The notes under the pieces are model-generated. The model was not told where the DNA came from and did no database searches. It saw only the letters and a list, made by a program, of their open reading frames with translations. Of a stretch of 64,000 nt of DNA, positions 47,556 through 57,036 are shown one piece after another. The DNA is taken from the NCBI GenBank assembly GCA_037441285.1, contig JBBISL010000001.1:78663-142662 (forward strand), written 5' to 3'. The stretch is from a candidate division WOR-3 bacterium. Its GTDB lineage: Bacteria; Hydrothermota; Tepidihabitantia; Tepidihabitantales; Tepidihabitantaceae. Made by a program: the position numbers and the translations under genes. How positions within the stretch are numbered: position 1 is the first letter of the stretch; each line of letters opens with the position of its first letter.

Positions 47556-49814
47556 TTACCGGGTAAGCACAATTCGTTCCGTGAGTATCCGCTCCGCACT
47601 CAACCGGCAGAAATAGATACCCGCTGGCACTCTGCGACCGGTACGGTCCGTACCATTCCAGGAGACCTGATACTCTCCAGCCGCAGAAACACCGTCGACC
47701 AATCTATTGACTCTCCTGCCCAGAGCATCAAAGATTTCAAGACGAATCGGACCAGACGCACCGAGGGAATAGCGGATATTAACAACCGAACCGTTGGGAT
47801 TTGCTCCTGCAATAGCAAGAGTAGTCTGGTATTTCACTGTCGGCGCGCTGGCAATGCCGGTTCCAGTCACAACAATGTCTTCGAGTGGACCTTTATCACC
47901 CCAACCCCACGCAGCGTTGTGGCCTCGCACCCGATACCAGTATTGACCGGTTTGGGTGACGGTGATTTCATACATCGTATCGGTAATGTTGTCTGCCACA
48001 GTCCGGCGACTGGCAAAACCGGGCACGGGCCAGACATCGTCAATATAAACACCGGCATTGAGCGTACCATCATCAGTCATATAGCGGAACCGGATATAAA
48101 CCGATTTTCCTGCCCAGGGTTCCAAAGAATAGGATTTATAGAGCCAGCCGTTTGAATTGCCGGTATAGCGGTCGTGCAACTGAATCCATTCTTTGCCTTC
48201 AAGCGAGACCTCGGTAGTCACGACATCGTAGTTGGTCTCGGTGTTGTACCAAATCCAGTAGCGCAAACTGTCGCCGGAGTGAACCGGATAAGGGTCTGCG
48301 ATCATCGCATAGTTGGCAATATTGTTACCGGTACCAAGATAAACGCTGTAACTTCCTGAATGCTTCTGGGTCGTGGAAAGCGATGCCCCTTGAAATACCC
48401 AACGACTGGTGCCACTTTCAAAACCATCTTCAACAACGGAAAGGTCACTCAACTCCTCCAGTTCCCAGCGGTCCGGATGGTTCTGTTCCGGTCTGATTGG
48501 TGTCCAGTGTACGACAAAAGTCCCGGTTGCGCTTGAATCCATCGGTGCAAGAATTGGTCGGGGCACCATTCCTTCAAGCGCCTGAATCACCGAATCGGCG
48601 CGGCTGTACAGAAACCATAATCCCTTAAAAACTTCGCGCTGAATCGCATCTAACTCGCTTGTTGGCTGATAAAATTCCGTGCCGATTTCAAACACATAAC
48701 TCATGCAAGGAAAACCGCCGATGTAATGTGCCCAGCCATACATCCAGTCAATTTCACCGCCGCTTGTCGGATAAAGCTGGCTCGATGGTTGAGGGGTATA
48801 TGTACCGCCGGAAAGGCGTTGCATCTGTTGAGCAATACCCTGCCCCAGACTCATCAGCGTGGCGTTGTCCGGAGGTGTTTCTCCACTGCCATAGGGCCAG
48901 AGCACAAGCTCTGAATAAGAGTGTAAAGAAACCGCACAAACAAAGGTATGCTGTTTAAAGAAAGAGTTCATCGCCGCGACCTCTTTGCCCCAGGCACCGA
49001 ACCCACCCATAAAGGTTGCATCACTTGGACGATGAGAAGACACTGAACCAAAAACGAGCGAACCCCAATCGGACATCCTTGAGCCGTTGCAGGCACCGTT
49101 GTAGTTCCGATTCGGGTCCGAACCGATTGAGGAACCAAATGGTTGACGATTCTTACGCCAGGAACGCTGACCAGGATAGTCGTAAACATAGCCATCAACA
49201 TTCAAAATGGGAATAACCCAAACCTGATGATTGTCAACAAAGTTTCGGAACTCAGTATTGCTGGCGTAGTTGCGCAAAATGGTGTCGGCAAAGTAGCGCG
49301 CGGCTTGCGGACTCGCCCATTCCCGGGCATGGTGCATCCCAACAAGCAAAACCTCTGCTTCATCCTCCTCAACCTGCGGGTTGTCTGAAATCTTTACCCC
49401 GTAAATCCATCGACCTTCGTGGGTTTGACCGATGGAGTCAAACCGGCAGATGGCTGGATAGTTTGACGCCCAGGACCGCATAATTGAAACCAGTGAATCG
49501 TAGGAGCAGTAGAATCCGAACCCCTGGGCTTGCAGTTTTTGTGCCTCAAGGTCCGGGATGATTATCTCACTTTTTAAACCGGAATTGAGCACAAGACTCA
49601 GGTCCTCTTCTTCAAGAAGCAGGTCGTAAGAAGAGCCCGGTATTGCACCGGCAATCTCAATCGATGTGCCCTTGAAGGGAATGTGTTGATAAACTGTTTG
49701 ATAGTCCGGTGCCTTAACCCGAACAATCAGCTGCTTTGCCTGAACAAAACTTACCAGGGCGGTAAGGCAAAAAATAAGGCTTAAAGCCCTGCCTGTGACA
49801 TAACTTTTTTTCAT
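47556..49814 (-). CDS. secreted M14 zinc carboxypeptidase with C-terminal FlgD/T9SS-like domain
   Basis: signal peptide, HHAREW, WRKNR, DPNRNY, LHSYSE, FEIG; C-terminal IFD.LGRRV...WNGTD..G..V.AGIYF; start placed at ATG 49814 behind AAGGAG. Confidence 0.92.
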   Translation of the reverse strand: MKKSYVTGRALSLIFCLTALVSFVQAKQLIVRVKAPDYQTVYQHIPFKGTSIEIAGAIPGSSYDLLLEEEDLSLVLNSGLKSEIIIPDLEAQKLQAQGFGFYCSYDSLVSIMRSWASNYPAICRFDSIGQTHEGRWIYGVKISDNPQVEEDEAEVLLVGMHHAREWASPQAARYFADTILRNYASNTEFRNFVDNHQVWVIPILNVDGYVYDYPGQRSWRKNRQPFGSSIGSDPNRNYNGACNGSRMSDWGSLVFGSVSSHRPSDATFMGGFGAWGKEVAAMNSFFKQHTFVCAVSLHSYSELVLWPYGSGETPPDNATLMSLGQGIAQQMQRLSGGTYTPQPSSQLYPTSGGEIDWMYGWAHYIGGFPCMSYVFEIGTEFYQPTSELDAIQREVFKGLWFLYSRADSVIQALEGMVPRPILAPMDSSATGTFVVHWTPIRPEQNHPDRWELEELSDLSVVEDGFESGTSRWVFQGASLSTTQKHSGSYSVYLGTGNNIANYAMIADPYPVHSGDSLRYWIWYNTETNYDVVTTEVSLEGKEWIQLHDRYTGNSNGWLYKSYSLEPWAGKSVYIRFRYMTDDGTLNAGVYIDDVWPVPGFASRRTVADNITDTMYEITVTQTGQYWYRVRGHNAAWGWGDKGPLEDIVVTGTGIASAPTVKYQTTLAIAGANPNGSVVNIRYSLGASGPIRLEIFDALGRRVNRLVDGVSAAGEYQVSWNGTDRTGRRVPAGIYFCRLSAERILTERIVLTR

Positions 49815-49889
49815 CTTGACTCCTTTTCTCTTTTGGGGACCATTGGTTAACAAGCTCACCAGTCCATTACAATCTCTGCTCACCATAAA

Positions 49890-49918
49890 ATTATAAACTA
49901 TGGATTTAAACCGGTCAA
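49890..49918 (-). promoter_or_regulatory. sigma70-type promoter
   Basis: TTGACC-N17-TATAAT. Confidence 0.65.
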
Positions 49919-49928
49919 TTAAATCCGG

Positions 49929-50339
49929 CTACTCATCCGGTGGCTGGCGCAACTCCTTCTTTTCGGCAACAAGATGTTTCAATCGCAAAATTTTTTCTTT
50001 TGCCCTTCGGGAACGGCGGCGCTTCTGACGCCGAATCCGGGCAATCTCTCTTTCCCGCTCCGTTTCAATTTTCAGAATTTGTGCGGCAACCTTCTCGGCT
50101 AAAATTCGCCGCGCCAGAAACCGGTTTAACGCTTGGGAACGTTCTCTCGTAACCTTGACCTCTATTCCGGTGGGCAGATGTTTTAGATAAACTCCGGTTG
50201 CCACCTTGTTGACATTCTGGCCACCCGGTCCGCGGGAACGGACAAACCGCTCAATTAAATCTTCCTCCCGGATTCCCAGCCGTGTCATCTTTTCCGCCAG
50301 TTCCGCCTCTTTTTTCGCACTTACCCCGAACCGACTCAA
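49929..50339 (-). CDS. ribosome-rescue peptidyl-tRNA hydrolase, ArfB/RF-like
   Basis: RSRGPGGQNVNKV, RSQ..NR, basic C-terminal tail. Confidence 0.88.
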   Translation of the reverse strand: MSRFGVSAKKEAELAEKMTRLGIREEDLIERFVRSRGPGGQNVNKVATGVYLKHLPTGIEVKVTRERSQALNRFLARRILAEKVAAQILKIETEREREIARIRRQKRRRSRRAKEKILRLKHLVAEKKELRQPPDE

Positions 50340-50362
50340 ATCCGTTACCTCAACTCAAATGG

Positions 50363-52285
50363 TTAAATCGGCTCGACAATCATCAGGGGCTGACCATATT
50401 CAACCGAATCGCCATCCCTTACCAGGATTTCAACAATCCGACACTTCTTCTCCGCCTGAATCTCATTCATCAACTTCATCGCCTCAACGATGCAGAGCGT
50501 CTGTCCCGGTTCAACAACATCACCTTTTTCCACAAACGGCGCGGATTCGGGACGGGCACGCGAGTAAAATGTTCCGACCATCGGCGAAATAATCTCTTCG
50601 GTTTTTGCCGGCTTGGTCGGTGCCGGTTCACTGGGCACGGTTGGTTGGGGTTCGGCAACCGGTTGTGGTGCAACCGGTTGTGGCTCTTCTTTCGCGGGTG
50701 CTGATGGCGCAGCCGCTACGGGCTGCGGTGCTGACACCACAGGAATCTGGACCGGTGTTGCTCCACCCCGCTTAATCCGCACTTTCTCAGAACCCGACTC
50801 CCAATCCAGTTCGGTTACACTATGAGCACTTGCCAGTTCCATCAAGCTGCGCAACCTTCTGATACCCGGCTCTTCCGGCGGTTGTGGTGCGGCGGGCTTC
50901 TCTGCCTGAGGTTTTGCGGCTGCTGCCGGCTTGGGTTCTAAAGCAGGAGTTGGATTTTTCCGCCACTGGAAAAACTTCAGTGCCACCTCCGGGAAAATCG
51001 CATAGGAGATGTAATCTTCCTCCTTAACCACCAAATCCCGGGAAAGCTCCTTCTTTGCCCGTGGCATACCCGGTTCCAGTCGGTCTGCGGGCCTTCCTTT
51101 AATCGGTTTTTCGTCCCCTAAAATTTTCTTCATCACCGCTTCCCGGATCGGTGCTGGTGGCCTACCATAAAGACCTTTTACATAGTCCCGGACCTCTTTC
51201 GGCACAACCTTATAGCGCTCGCCGCTCAAAACATTCATCACCGCCTGGACTCCAACAATTTGACTGGTTGGTGTCACGAGCGGTGGATAACCCAAATCTT
51301 CGCGTACCCGGGGTACCTCTTCAAGAACCTCAGGCAACCGATGTTCTGCCTTTTGCTCCTTTAACTGAGAGAGAAGGTTTGATGCCATACCACCGGGAAT
51401 CTGATGGGTAATGACCATCGAATCCATCACCTTGGTACCGGGAATACACTTGTTGGCGGTTAGTTTTTCGAAATGCTGTTCAATCGCCTCCAGGGCTTCA
51501 ATGTTGAGTTCGGTCTCCCATTGCGTCCCCTGAAAACAGGCAAGCAGAGCCTCGACCGCCGGTTGTGAGGTAAAAAATGAAAGTGGTGCGGAGGCGGTAT
51601 CGATAATGTCGGCACCGGCTTCAACCGCCTTGAAGTAGGTCGCAACCGCCATCCCGCTCGAAGAATGGCAATGCACCTGAACTTCGAGCCCGAGTTCCTG
51701 TTTAAGGGCACTGACCAGTTCAAACGTCTTAGGCGGTGACAGAATCCCCGCCATATCCTTAATGCAGATAGAGTCAATCCCCATCTCTTTCTGTTCTTTT
51801 GCCCGGGCAAGATAGTACTCTACGGTATGGACGGGACTCACCGCATAACAAAGCGTCCCCTGAGCATGTTTTCCCGCCTTTTTGACAAACTCAATCGCCT
51901 TCTCTAAATTCCGAGCATCGTTCAATGCATCAAATACCCGGAAGATATCAATACCCCATTCCGCGGCTTTAAAGACAAAAGCCTCAAGGACATCGTCTGG
52001 ATAGTTCCGATACCCAACCACATTCTGCCCCCGTAATAGCATTTGCAGTTTTGTGCTCTTTATCCGTTTCCGAATCTCCCGCAACCTTTCCCAGGGGTCT
52101 TCATTCAGATAACGAAGGCAAACATCAAATGTTGCTCCACCCCACATTTCCAGCGACCAGTAGCCAACCGCATCAAACTTTTCCAGAACCGGAAGCATAT
52201 CTTCCAGTGTCATACGCGTTGCCCAGAGTGACTGGTGGGCATCACGCAGGGTCGTATCGGTGAATCTAATCGGTTTTTTCTCCAT
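50363..52285 (-). CDS. pyruvate carboxylase subunit B / oxaloacetate decarboxylase alpha-type carboxyltransferase fused to AccB-like biotin carrier
   Basis: DTTLRDAHQSL.ATRM, WGGATFD, IKDMAG, H.H, PGGM, VTPTSQIVG; C-terminal SPMVGTFY...EAMKLMNEI. Confidence 0.9.
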   Translation of the reverse strand: MEKKPIRFTDTTLRDAHQSLWATRMTLEDMLPVLEKFDAVGYWSLEMWGGATFDVCLRYLNEDPWERLREIRKRIKSTKLQMLLRGQNVVGYRNYPDDVLEAFVFKAAEWGIDIFRVFDALNDARNLEKAIEFVKKAGKHAQGTLCYAVSPVHTVEYYLARAKEQKEMGIDSICIKDMAGILSPPKTFELVSALKQELGLEVQVHCHSSSGMAVATYFKAVEAGADIIDTASAPLSFFTSQPAVEALLACFQGTQWETELNIEALEAIEQHFEKLTANKCIPGTKVMDSMVITHQIPGGMASNLLSQLKEQKAEHRLPEVLEEVPRVREDLGYPPLVTPTSQIVGVQAVMNVLSGERYKVVPKEVRDYVKGLYGRPPAPIREAVMKKILGDEKPIKGRPADRLEPGMPRAKKELSRDLVVKEEDYISYAIFPEVALKFFQWRKNPTPALEPKPAAAAKPQAEKPAAPQPPEEPGIRRLRSLMELASAHSVTELDWESGSEKVRIKRGGATPVQIPVVSAPQPVAAAPSAPAKEEPQPVAPQPVAEPQPTVPSEPAPTKPAKTEEIISPMVGTFYSRARPESAPFVEKGDVVEPGQTLCIVEAMKLMNEIQAEKKCRIVEILVRDGDSVEYGQPLMIVEPI

Positions 52286-53660
52286 AATGCCTCACAATCT
52301 TTTCTGTAACCTTTTCCAGAGCCATCGCTCTTGAACCCTTGACGAGTATTGTATCACCGGGCTGAATAAAGTCAAATAAGTCAGTGCCGACACCAGCGGC
52401 GGTCTGATAGCTTTTGATGTTCTCTAATTTTAGTCCAGCCGAAACTGCCGCCGCAGCAATAAATTGCGCCTTTTCCCCAATTACCACCAGCCGGTTGACA
52501 CAACGAGCCACCTGAACACCAACCTCCCGATGTAACTTTTCAGACTTCTCCCCCAGCTCTAACATATCAGCCAGAATTGCCACCCTTTTTCCCGGGGGCG
52601 CGATACTCTCCAGTACCGCCAGCGCTGCTGCCACTGATTGGGGATTGGCGTTAAAACAGTCATCAATTAAAAGCACGCTGTTGAGTCTCCGAATCGCAAG
52701 CCGCTGTGGTGCCGGACAGAAATCCTTAATCGCCTCACCGATTTCGGAAAACGAAACACCCAGCACATTAGCCGCCGCACTTGCCGCAAGCAAATTGGCG
52801 ATGTTATGCTGACCTAAAACCGGAAGTTCTACCGGGTATTTACCGACAAGAAGAAAACGGGTTCCTTTCGCCCCGGTTATGGCCACATCAGTAGCATACA
52901 CATCGGCTCCTCGACTAAAACCAAAAGTCAATAGTTTCAACTGTTTTTTTCTGCTGATTTGGTCTGCGATTTCCATCACCAATGGGTCATCAAAGTTCAC
53001 AACCGCCACCCCATATTCCGGTAGCGCCTCAAGCAATTCGGCCTTTTCCCGGGCAACACCGGAACGGTCCTTCATAAACTCTAAGTGGGTATCGCCGATG
53101 TTGGTAACCAACCCGATTTCCGGCTGGCACACCTTTGCCAGCCGCAAGGTGCCGCCCAATTCATTCATCTCAATCTCGAAGATGGCAACATCAGTTCTCG
53201 AATCCATCGCCATTACCGTCAACGGCACGCCGATCTCATTGTTGTAACTCGCCGGTGCCTTCACCACAGAAAATCGAGACTCAAGTATCTTTGCCAGCAT
53301 CTCCTTTGTAGTCGTTTTGCCGTTCGAGCCGGTTATTGCCACCACACGAACCTTTAACTGTTTCCGATACCATTGAGCCAGAGAAAGCAGTGCCTCTCTG
53401 GAATCCGGCACCGCAATGGTAACACCCTTATGCTTGGGCGCCGGTCCCTTTTCCACCATAACCGCCGCCGCGCCCTTAGAGAACGCTTCTTCTACAAACT
53501 GATGGCCATCGAACCGCTTGCCTCTGACCGCAATAAAAAGTTCACCCGGTTTTATGGTACGGCTGTCAATCGAAACTCCGGTCACAACCAGTGCTGCATT
53601 TTCTGCCACTAAAGAACCACCGGTCACCTCCGCAATCTGGTTAATCTTTAATGGTTCCAT
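52266..53660 (-). CDS. murF: UDP-N-acetylmuramoyl-tripeptide--D-Ala-D-Ala ligase
   Basis: IDSR, FDGH, TGSNGKTTTKEM, NNEIGVP, D.FNANP.S, MLELG, VKGSR. Confidence 0.96.
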   Translation of the reverse strand: MEPLKINQIAEVTGGSLVAENAALVVTGVSIDSRTIKPGELFIAVRGKRFDGHQFVEEAFSKGAAAVMVEKGPAPKHKGVTIAVPDSREALLSLAQWYRKQLKVRVVAITGSNGKTTTKEMLAKILESRFSVVKAPASYNNEIGVPLTVMAMDSRTDVAIFEIEMNELGGTLRLAKVCQPEIGLVTNIGDTHLEFMKDRSGVAREKAELLEALPEYGVAVVNFDDPLVMEIADQISRKKQLKLLTFGFSRGADVYATDVAITGAKGTRFLLVGKYPVELPVLGQHNIANLLAASAAANVLGVSFSEIGEAIKDFCPAPQRLAIRRLNSVLLIDDCFNANPQSVAAALAVLESIAPPGKRVAILADMLELGEKSEKLHREVGVQVARCVNRLVVIGEKAQFIAAAAVSAGLKLENIKSYQTAAGVGTDLFDFIQPGDTILVKGSRAMALEKVTEKIVRHYGEKTD

Positions 53661-53662
53661 AA

Positions 53663-54685
53663 TTAAATAATCAGCATCGCATCCCCGAAACTGTAGAATC
53701 GGAATCGGTGATTAATTGCGTACTCGTATGCTTTCATTATCATTTCCCGGCTGGCAAACGCCGATACCAGAAGTAGCAAGGTCGATTTTGGCAGGTGGAA
53801 GTTGGTAACCATTGCACCGGTGACCTTCCATTCAAAACCTGGATAAATGTAAAGGTTGGTTTCACCCTTTCCGGGCTTCACCGCCACTTTTCCATTGTGC
53901 CTCTCTGCCTGACTTTCGAGCACCCGCACCGTAGTTGTACCAACACAGACCACGCGCCTCTGTTCGCTTAATGCCCGATTGATGCGTGCCGCCGCCGTCT
54001 CAGAAATCTCAAACTCCTCAGGGTGCATTTGGTGCTTTTCCACCTCAGTTGCTTTGACAGGACGAAAAGTCCCCAAACTGGCATGTAATGTAACTACAGC
54101 AACTTCCAGCCCTTTTGCACAAAGACTCTTAACAAGTTCCGGGGTAAAGTGCAAACCCGCTGTTGGTGCGGCAACCGCACCAGGTACCCGGGCGAAAATA
54201 GTTTGGTACCGTTCCGGGTCAGGGCACTTCTCTTTAATGTATGGTGGCAATGCAACCTCACCACTTTTTTGTAACAATAGGCTGATGTCCTCGGGCTCAA
54301 ATCGCACCACCCTTACCCCTTCTGGCTTTCTCTCGACAATTTCTGCCTGAAAACCATCAAACTCAATCACCGTTCCAATTCGGGCTTTTCGCGCCGGTCG
54401 GCTCAAAACCTCCCAGACCCCATACTGAATCTGTCGCAAGAGGAGAAGTTCCATCTTACCTCCGGTTGACAGTCTACCGAAGATGCGCGCCGGTATCACC
54501 CGGGTATCGTTAAAAACCAGTACATCGCCTGGCATAAGCCAGTTGCCAATCTGGTTAAAACGGGCTCCGACCAATGCGCCTGTTTTCCGGTCCAGCACCA
54601 GAAGCCTTGATGCATCACGGGGTTCAACCGGAGTCTGGGCAATCAACTCCGCAGGTAGATTGTAATCAAACTCTTCAATACGCAT
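53663..54685 (-). CDS. queA: S-adenosylmethionine:tRNA ribosyltransferase-isomerase
   Basis: FDY.LP.ELIAQ, LPPYI, GAVAAPTAGLHF, VGTT, TNFHLPKSTL, FYSFGDAM. Confidence 0.98.
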   Translation of the reverse strand: MRIEEFDYNLPAELIAQTPVEPRDASRLLVLDRKTGALVGARFNQIGNWLMPGDVLVFNDTRVIPARIFGRLSTGGKMELLLLRQIQYGVWEVLSRPARKARIGTVIEFDGFQAEIVERKPEGVRVVRFEPEDISLLLQKSGEVALPPYIKEKCPDPERYQTIFARVPGAVAAPTAGLHFTPELVKSLCAKGLEVAVVTLHASLGTFRPVKATEVEKHQMHPEEFEISETAAARINRALSEQRRVVCVGTTTVRVLESQAERHNGKVAVKPGKGETNLYIYPGFEWKVTGAMVTNFHLPKSTLLLLVSAFASREMIMKAYEYAINHRFRFYSFGDAMLII

Positions 54686-55570
54686 TCAGTCCAGTTCTTT
54701 GCCCGTGAGTATCCGGTACGCTTCTCGATAACGGGCAGTGGTCCCGGCAATTACCTCGGGTGGCAAATGGGGTGCCGGTGGCTGCCGATTCCAGCCTTTT
54801 GAATTCAAATAGTCCCGGACAAACTGCTTGTCAAAACTGGGGGGTGAAATCCCTAATCGGTACTCCTTTTCCGCCCAGAAACGGGATGAGTCCGGAGTTA
54901 GTACCTCGTCTATCAACATCAATTTACCATCGTAAATTCCAAACTCAAACTTGGTATCAGCAATGATAATTCCCCTTTGCCGGGCATATTCACTTGCCGT
55001 CTCGTAAATCTCGATTGATATGCGGCGCACCTTCTGGGCAAGTTCATCACCCACCAATTGTTTCATCTCCTCAAAAGAGATGTTTTCATCGTGTCCAGTC
55101 TGACTTTTGGTCGCCGGCGTAAAAATCGGCTCTGGCAGCTGCTCCGCCTGTTGCAATCCCTTTGGCAGTTTTATCCCGCACACCGTGCCGGTCTTCTGAT
55201 AGTCATTCCAACCACTGCCGGCAAGATAACCCCGCACAACACACTCAACTGGCAACGGCTTTGCCTGATACACGAGCATCGCCCGGTCTTTTATTATCTC
55301 CTGGTAGGGCAACAGTACTGCCGGAAACTCATCAACCCTGGCGGTGATAAGCTGGTTGGGAACAAGATTGGAAAACTTGTCAAACCAGAAAACCGAAAGC
55401 AGGTTCAACACCCTGCCCTTATCAGGAATCCCGTCCGGTAGAACAACATCAAAGGCGCTCAAACGGTCAGTCGCCACGATTAAAAGATGTTCTCCCACCT
55501 GGTAGATGTCACGCACCTTTCCCTGTGCGACCATTTTTATTCCTTTTAAATCGGTCTGGGTAATAACCAT
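54686..55570 (-). CDS. purC: SAICAR synthase
   Basis: GKVRDIY, TDRLSAFD, ECVVRGY, IADTKFEFG, DEVLTPDSSRFW, DKQFVRD. Confidence 0.98.
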   Translation of the reverse strand: MVITQTDLKGIKMVAQGKVRDIYQVGEHLLIVATDRLSAFDVVLPDGIPDKGRVLNLLSVFWFDKFSNLVPNQLITARVDEFPAVLLPYQEIIKDRAMLVYQAKPLPVECVVRGYLAGSGWNDYQKTGTVCGIKLPKGLQQAEQLPEPIFTPATKSQTGHDENISFEEMKQLVGDELAQKVRRISIEIYETASEYARQRGIIIADTKFEFGIYDGKLMLIDEVLTPDSSRFWAEKEYRLGISPPSFDKQFVRDYLNSKGWNRQPPAPHLPPEVIAGTTARYREAYRILTGKELD

Positions 55571-55603
55571 ATTTTCCTCTTTCTTTTCAGTTAAAGGTCA
55601 AAA

Positions 55604-56248
55604 CTACTTCTTGTAACCAACCGGCATAATGTAAAGTGGCTCAAATTTAGTTCCCAGAACCTTCTTAACGCCAGAATCGTTAAATGCACCAATCATGACC
55701 GTTCCCATACCCAGCGCCTCGCACTGCAAGTGCACATTCTGGCCAATATGTCCTGCCTCCATATGCACATACCTTATCCCCCGTTCTCCGTAGCGGCTAG
55801 TTGTCCGTGCGTAATCGGCACACAATACAATAACCGCCGGTGCGTTTTTTATGCTCGACTGTCCCAGTGCCGCATTTGCCAGGTCCTCCCGAAGGTCACC
55901 AGACTTAACCAACTTCACAGCGTGTTCTTCAACCAGATATTGATAAACCCCGGAATCCAACCCGTTGACTTTGCCTGCAACCAGGTAAACTTCCATCGGA
56001 TAGGTTGCACCAGCTGAAGGCGCGGTCCGGCCGTAACTTTTTCCTGTTTTACCCTGTGCCGCCCAGAGCAATTGACCAACTTCCGACAAACTTAAATCCC
56101 GGTCAGCGTAAGCGCGCACCGAACGCCGGCGAAAGAGCGTCTTTTCTAAGGTTATCTTTCCTACCGTATCAGGTGCTGGTAGTTTGATTGCCGAATCAAG
56201 CACGCCCGTCCCCCCGAAGACAAACAGGCTCAAAAGCAGAACAAACAT
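55604..56248 (-). CDS. SagB/ThcOx-family nitroreductase-fold protein
   Basis: RRSVR, LLWAAQG, RTAPSAGATYP, YGERG.RY..MEAGH..QN, IGAF. Confidence 0.88.
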   Translation of the reverse strand: MFVLLLSLFVFGGTGVLDSAIKLPAPDTVGKITLEKTLFRRRSVRAYADRDLSLSEVGQLLWAAQGKTGKSYGRTAPSAGATYPMEVYLVAGKVNGLDSGVYQYLVEEHAVKLVKSGDLREDLANAALGQSSIKNAPAVIVLCADYARTTSRYGERGIRYVHMEAGHIGQNVHLQCEALGMGTVMIGAFNDSGVKKVLGTKFEPLYIMPVGYKK

Positions 56249-56290
56249 CTTTGCCTCCTGTGATGTTTATCTTGCTGTTCAATCGTTGCC

Positions 56291-56788
56291 TTACCGCAAC
56301 TCTTGGTCTTTTTCTTTTACTTCCTGTACCTGACTCTCACGAAACCGCTCTAATTTTACCCGCAACCCCTCATCCTCCAGCGCCAGTATCGCCACTGCAA
56401 AAAGTGCCGCATTAGCCGCTCCCGACTTCCCGATTGCCATACACGCAACCGGCACACCTTTGGGCATCTGGACGGTAGAAAGTAGCGCATCAACACCCGC
56501 CAGTCCAGCATCAAGTGGCACACCGATAACCGGCAATGTTGTCCAGGAAGCAATCACACCAGCAAGATGTGCCGCTTTTCCGGCACCGGCAATTATCACC
56601 TTAATCCCCCGGTTTACCGCATTTACCGCAAACTCCTGACACAATGCTGGTGTCCGATGGGCTGATATTACCCGTACCTCATTTGCGACCTCGAACTCAT
56701 CCAAAACCTTTTTCGCATCTTTCATCGTATCGTAATCTTTGTCGCTACCCATTACGATTGAAACAATCGGTTTACTCTTTTCACCCAT
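56291..56788 (-). CDS. purE: N5-CAIR mutase
   Basis: MGSD.D, SAHRTP, AG.AAHL.G, PVIGVP, QMPKGVPVA; start placed at ATG 56788. Confidence 0.96.
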   Translation of the reverse strand: MGEKSKPIVSIVMGSDKDYDTMKDAKKVLDEFEVANEVRVISAHRTPALCQEFAVNAVNRGIKVIIAGAGKAAHLAGVIASWTTLPVIGVPLDAGLAGVDALLSTVQMPKGVPVACMAIGKSGAANAALFAVAILALEDEGLRVKLERFRESQVQEVKEKDQELR

Positions 56789-56793
56789 ACCAA

Positions 56794-56821
56794 ATAATAT
56801 CAAATTATTAAATTCTGTCCA
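56794..56821 (-). promoter_or_regulatory. putative promoter of the purE operon
   Basis: TGGACA-N16-TATTAT, 5 nt before ATG. Confidence 0.5.
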
Positions 56822-56859
56822 ATCCCGATTTTTTCTGAATTAAACACAATTAAAAACAG

Positions 56860-56979
56860 AACTCGACTGGGAAAAGCCACCCGAGAGTGACTCACCAATT
56901 CAATCAGGGAACCGCTCCCTGAACGGCTTGGTAAGTAACTTACCGAATAAATTGGGGAATCCTTTCCCGGAGGCTCTTT
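56860..56979 (+). repeat. degenerate 12-nt tandem array, consensus nGAGTnACTCnn (7-10 units)
   Basis: agagtgactcac|caattcaatcag|ggaaccgctccc|tgaacggcttgg|taagtaacttac|cgaataaattgg|ggaatcctttcc from 56884; similar to the 7228-7323 array on the opposite strand. Confidence 0.6.
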
Positions 56980-57003
56980 AATCCTGATCATGCTCTCAAC
57001 ATC

Positions 57004-57031
57004 TTGTAAATTTCCGGTTTCCCATTAAAAT
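57004..57031 (+). promoter_or_regulatory. putative larA promoter
   Basis: TTGTAA-N16-TAAAAT, 5 nt before ATG 57037. Confidence 0.5.
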
Positions 57032-57036
57032 AAATT

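Noticed and set aside
55604..56248. RiPP (thiazole/oxazole) biosynthetic cluster
   Set aside because: No YcaO cyclodehydratase, precursor peptide or transporter nearby.
56291..56788. LarB (PurE paralogue) serving the adjacent larA
   Set aside because: It has canonical PurE motifs and length, lacks the LarB N-terminal domain, and lies in a run with purC.
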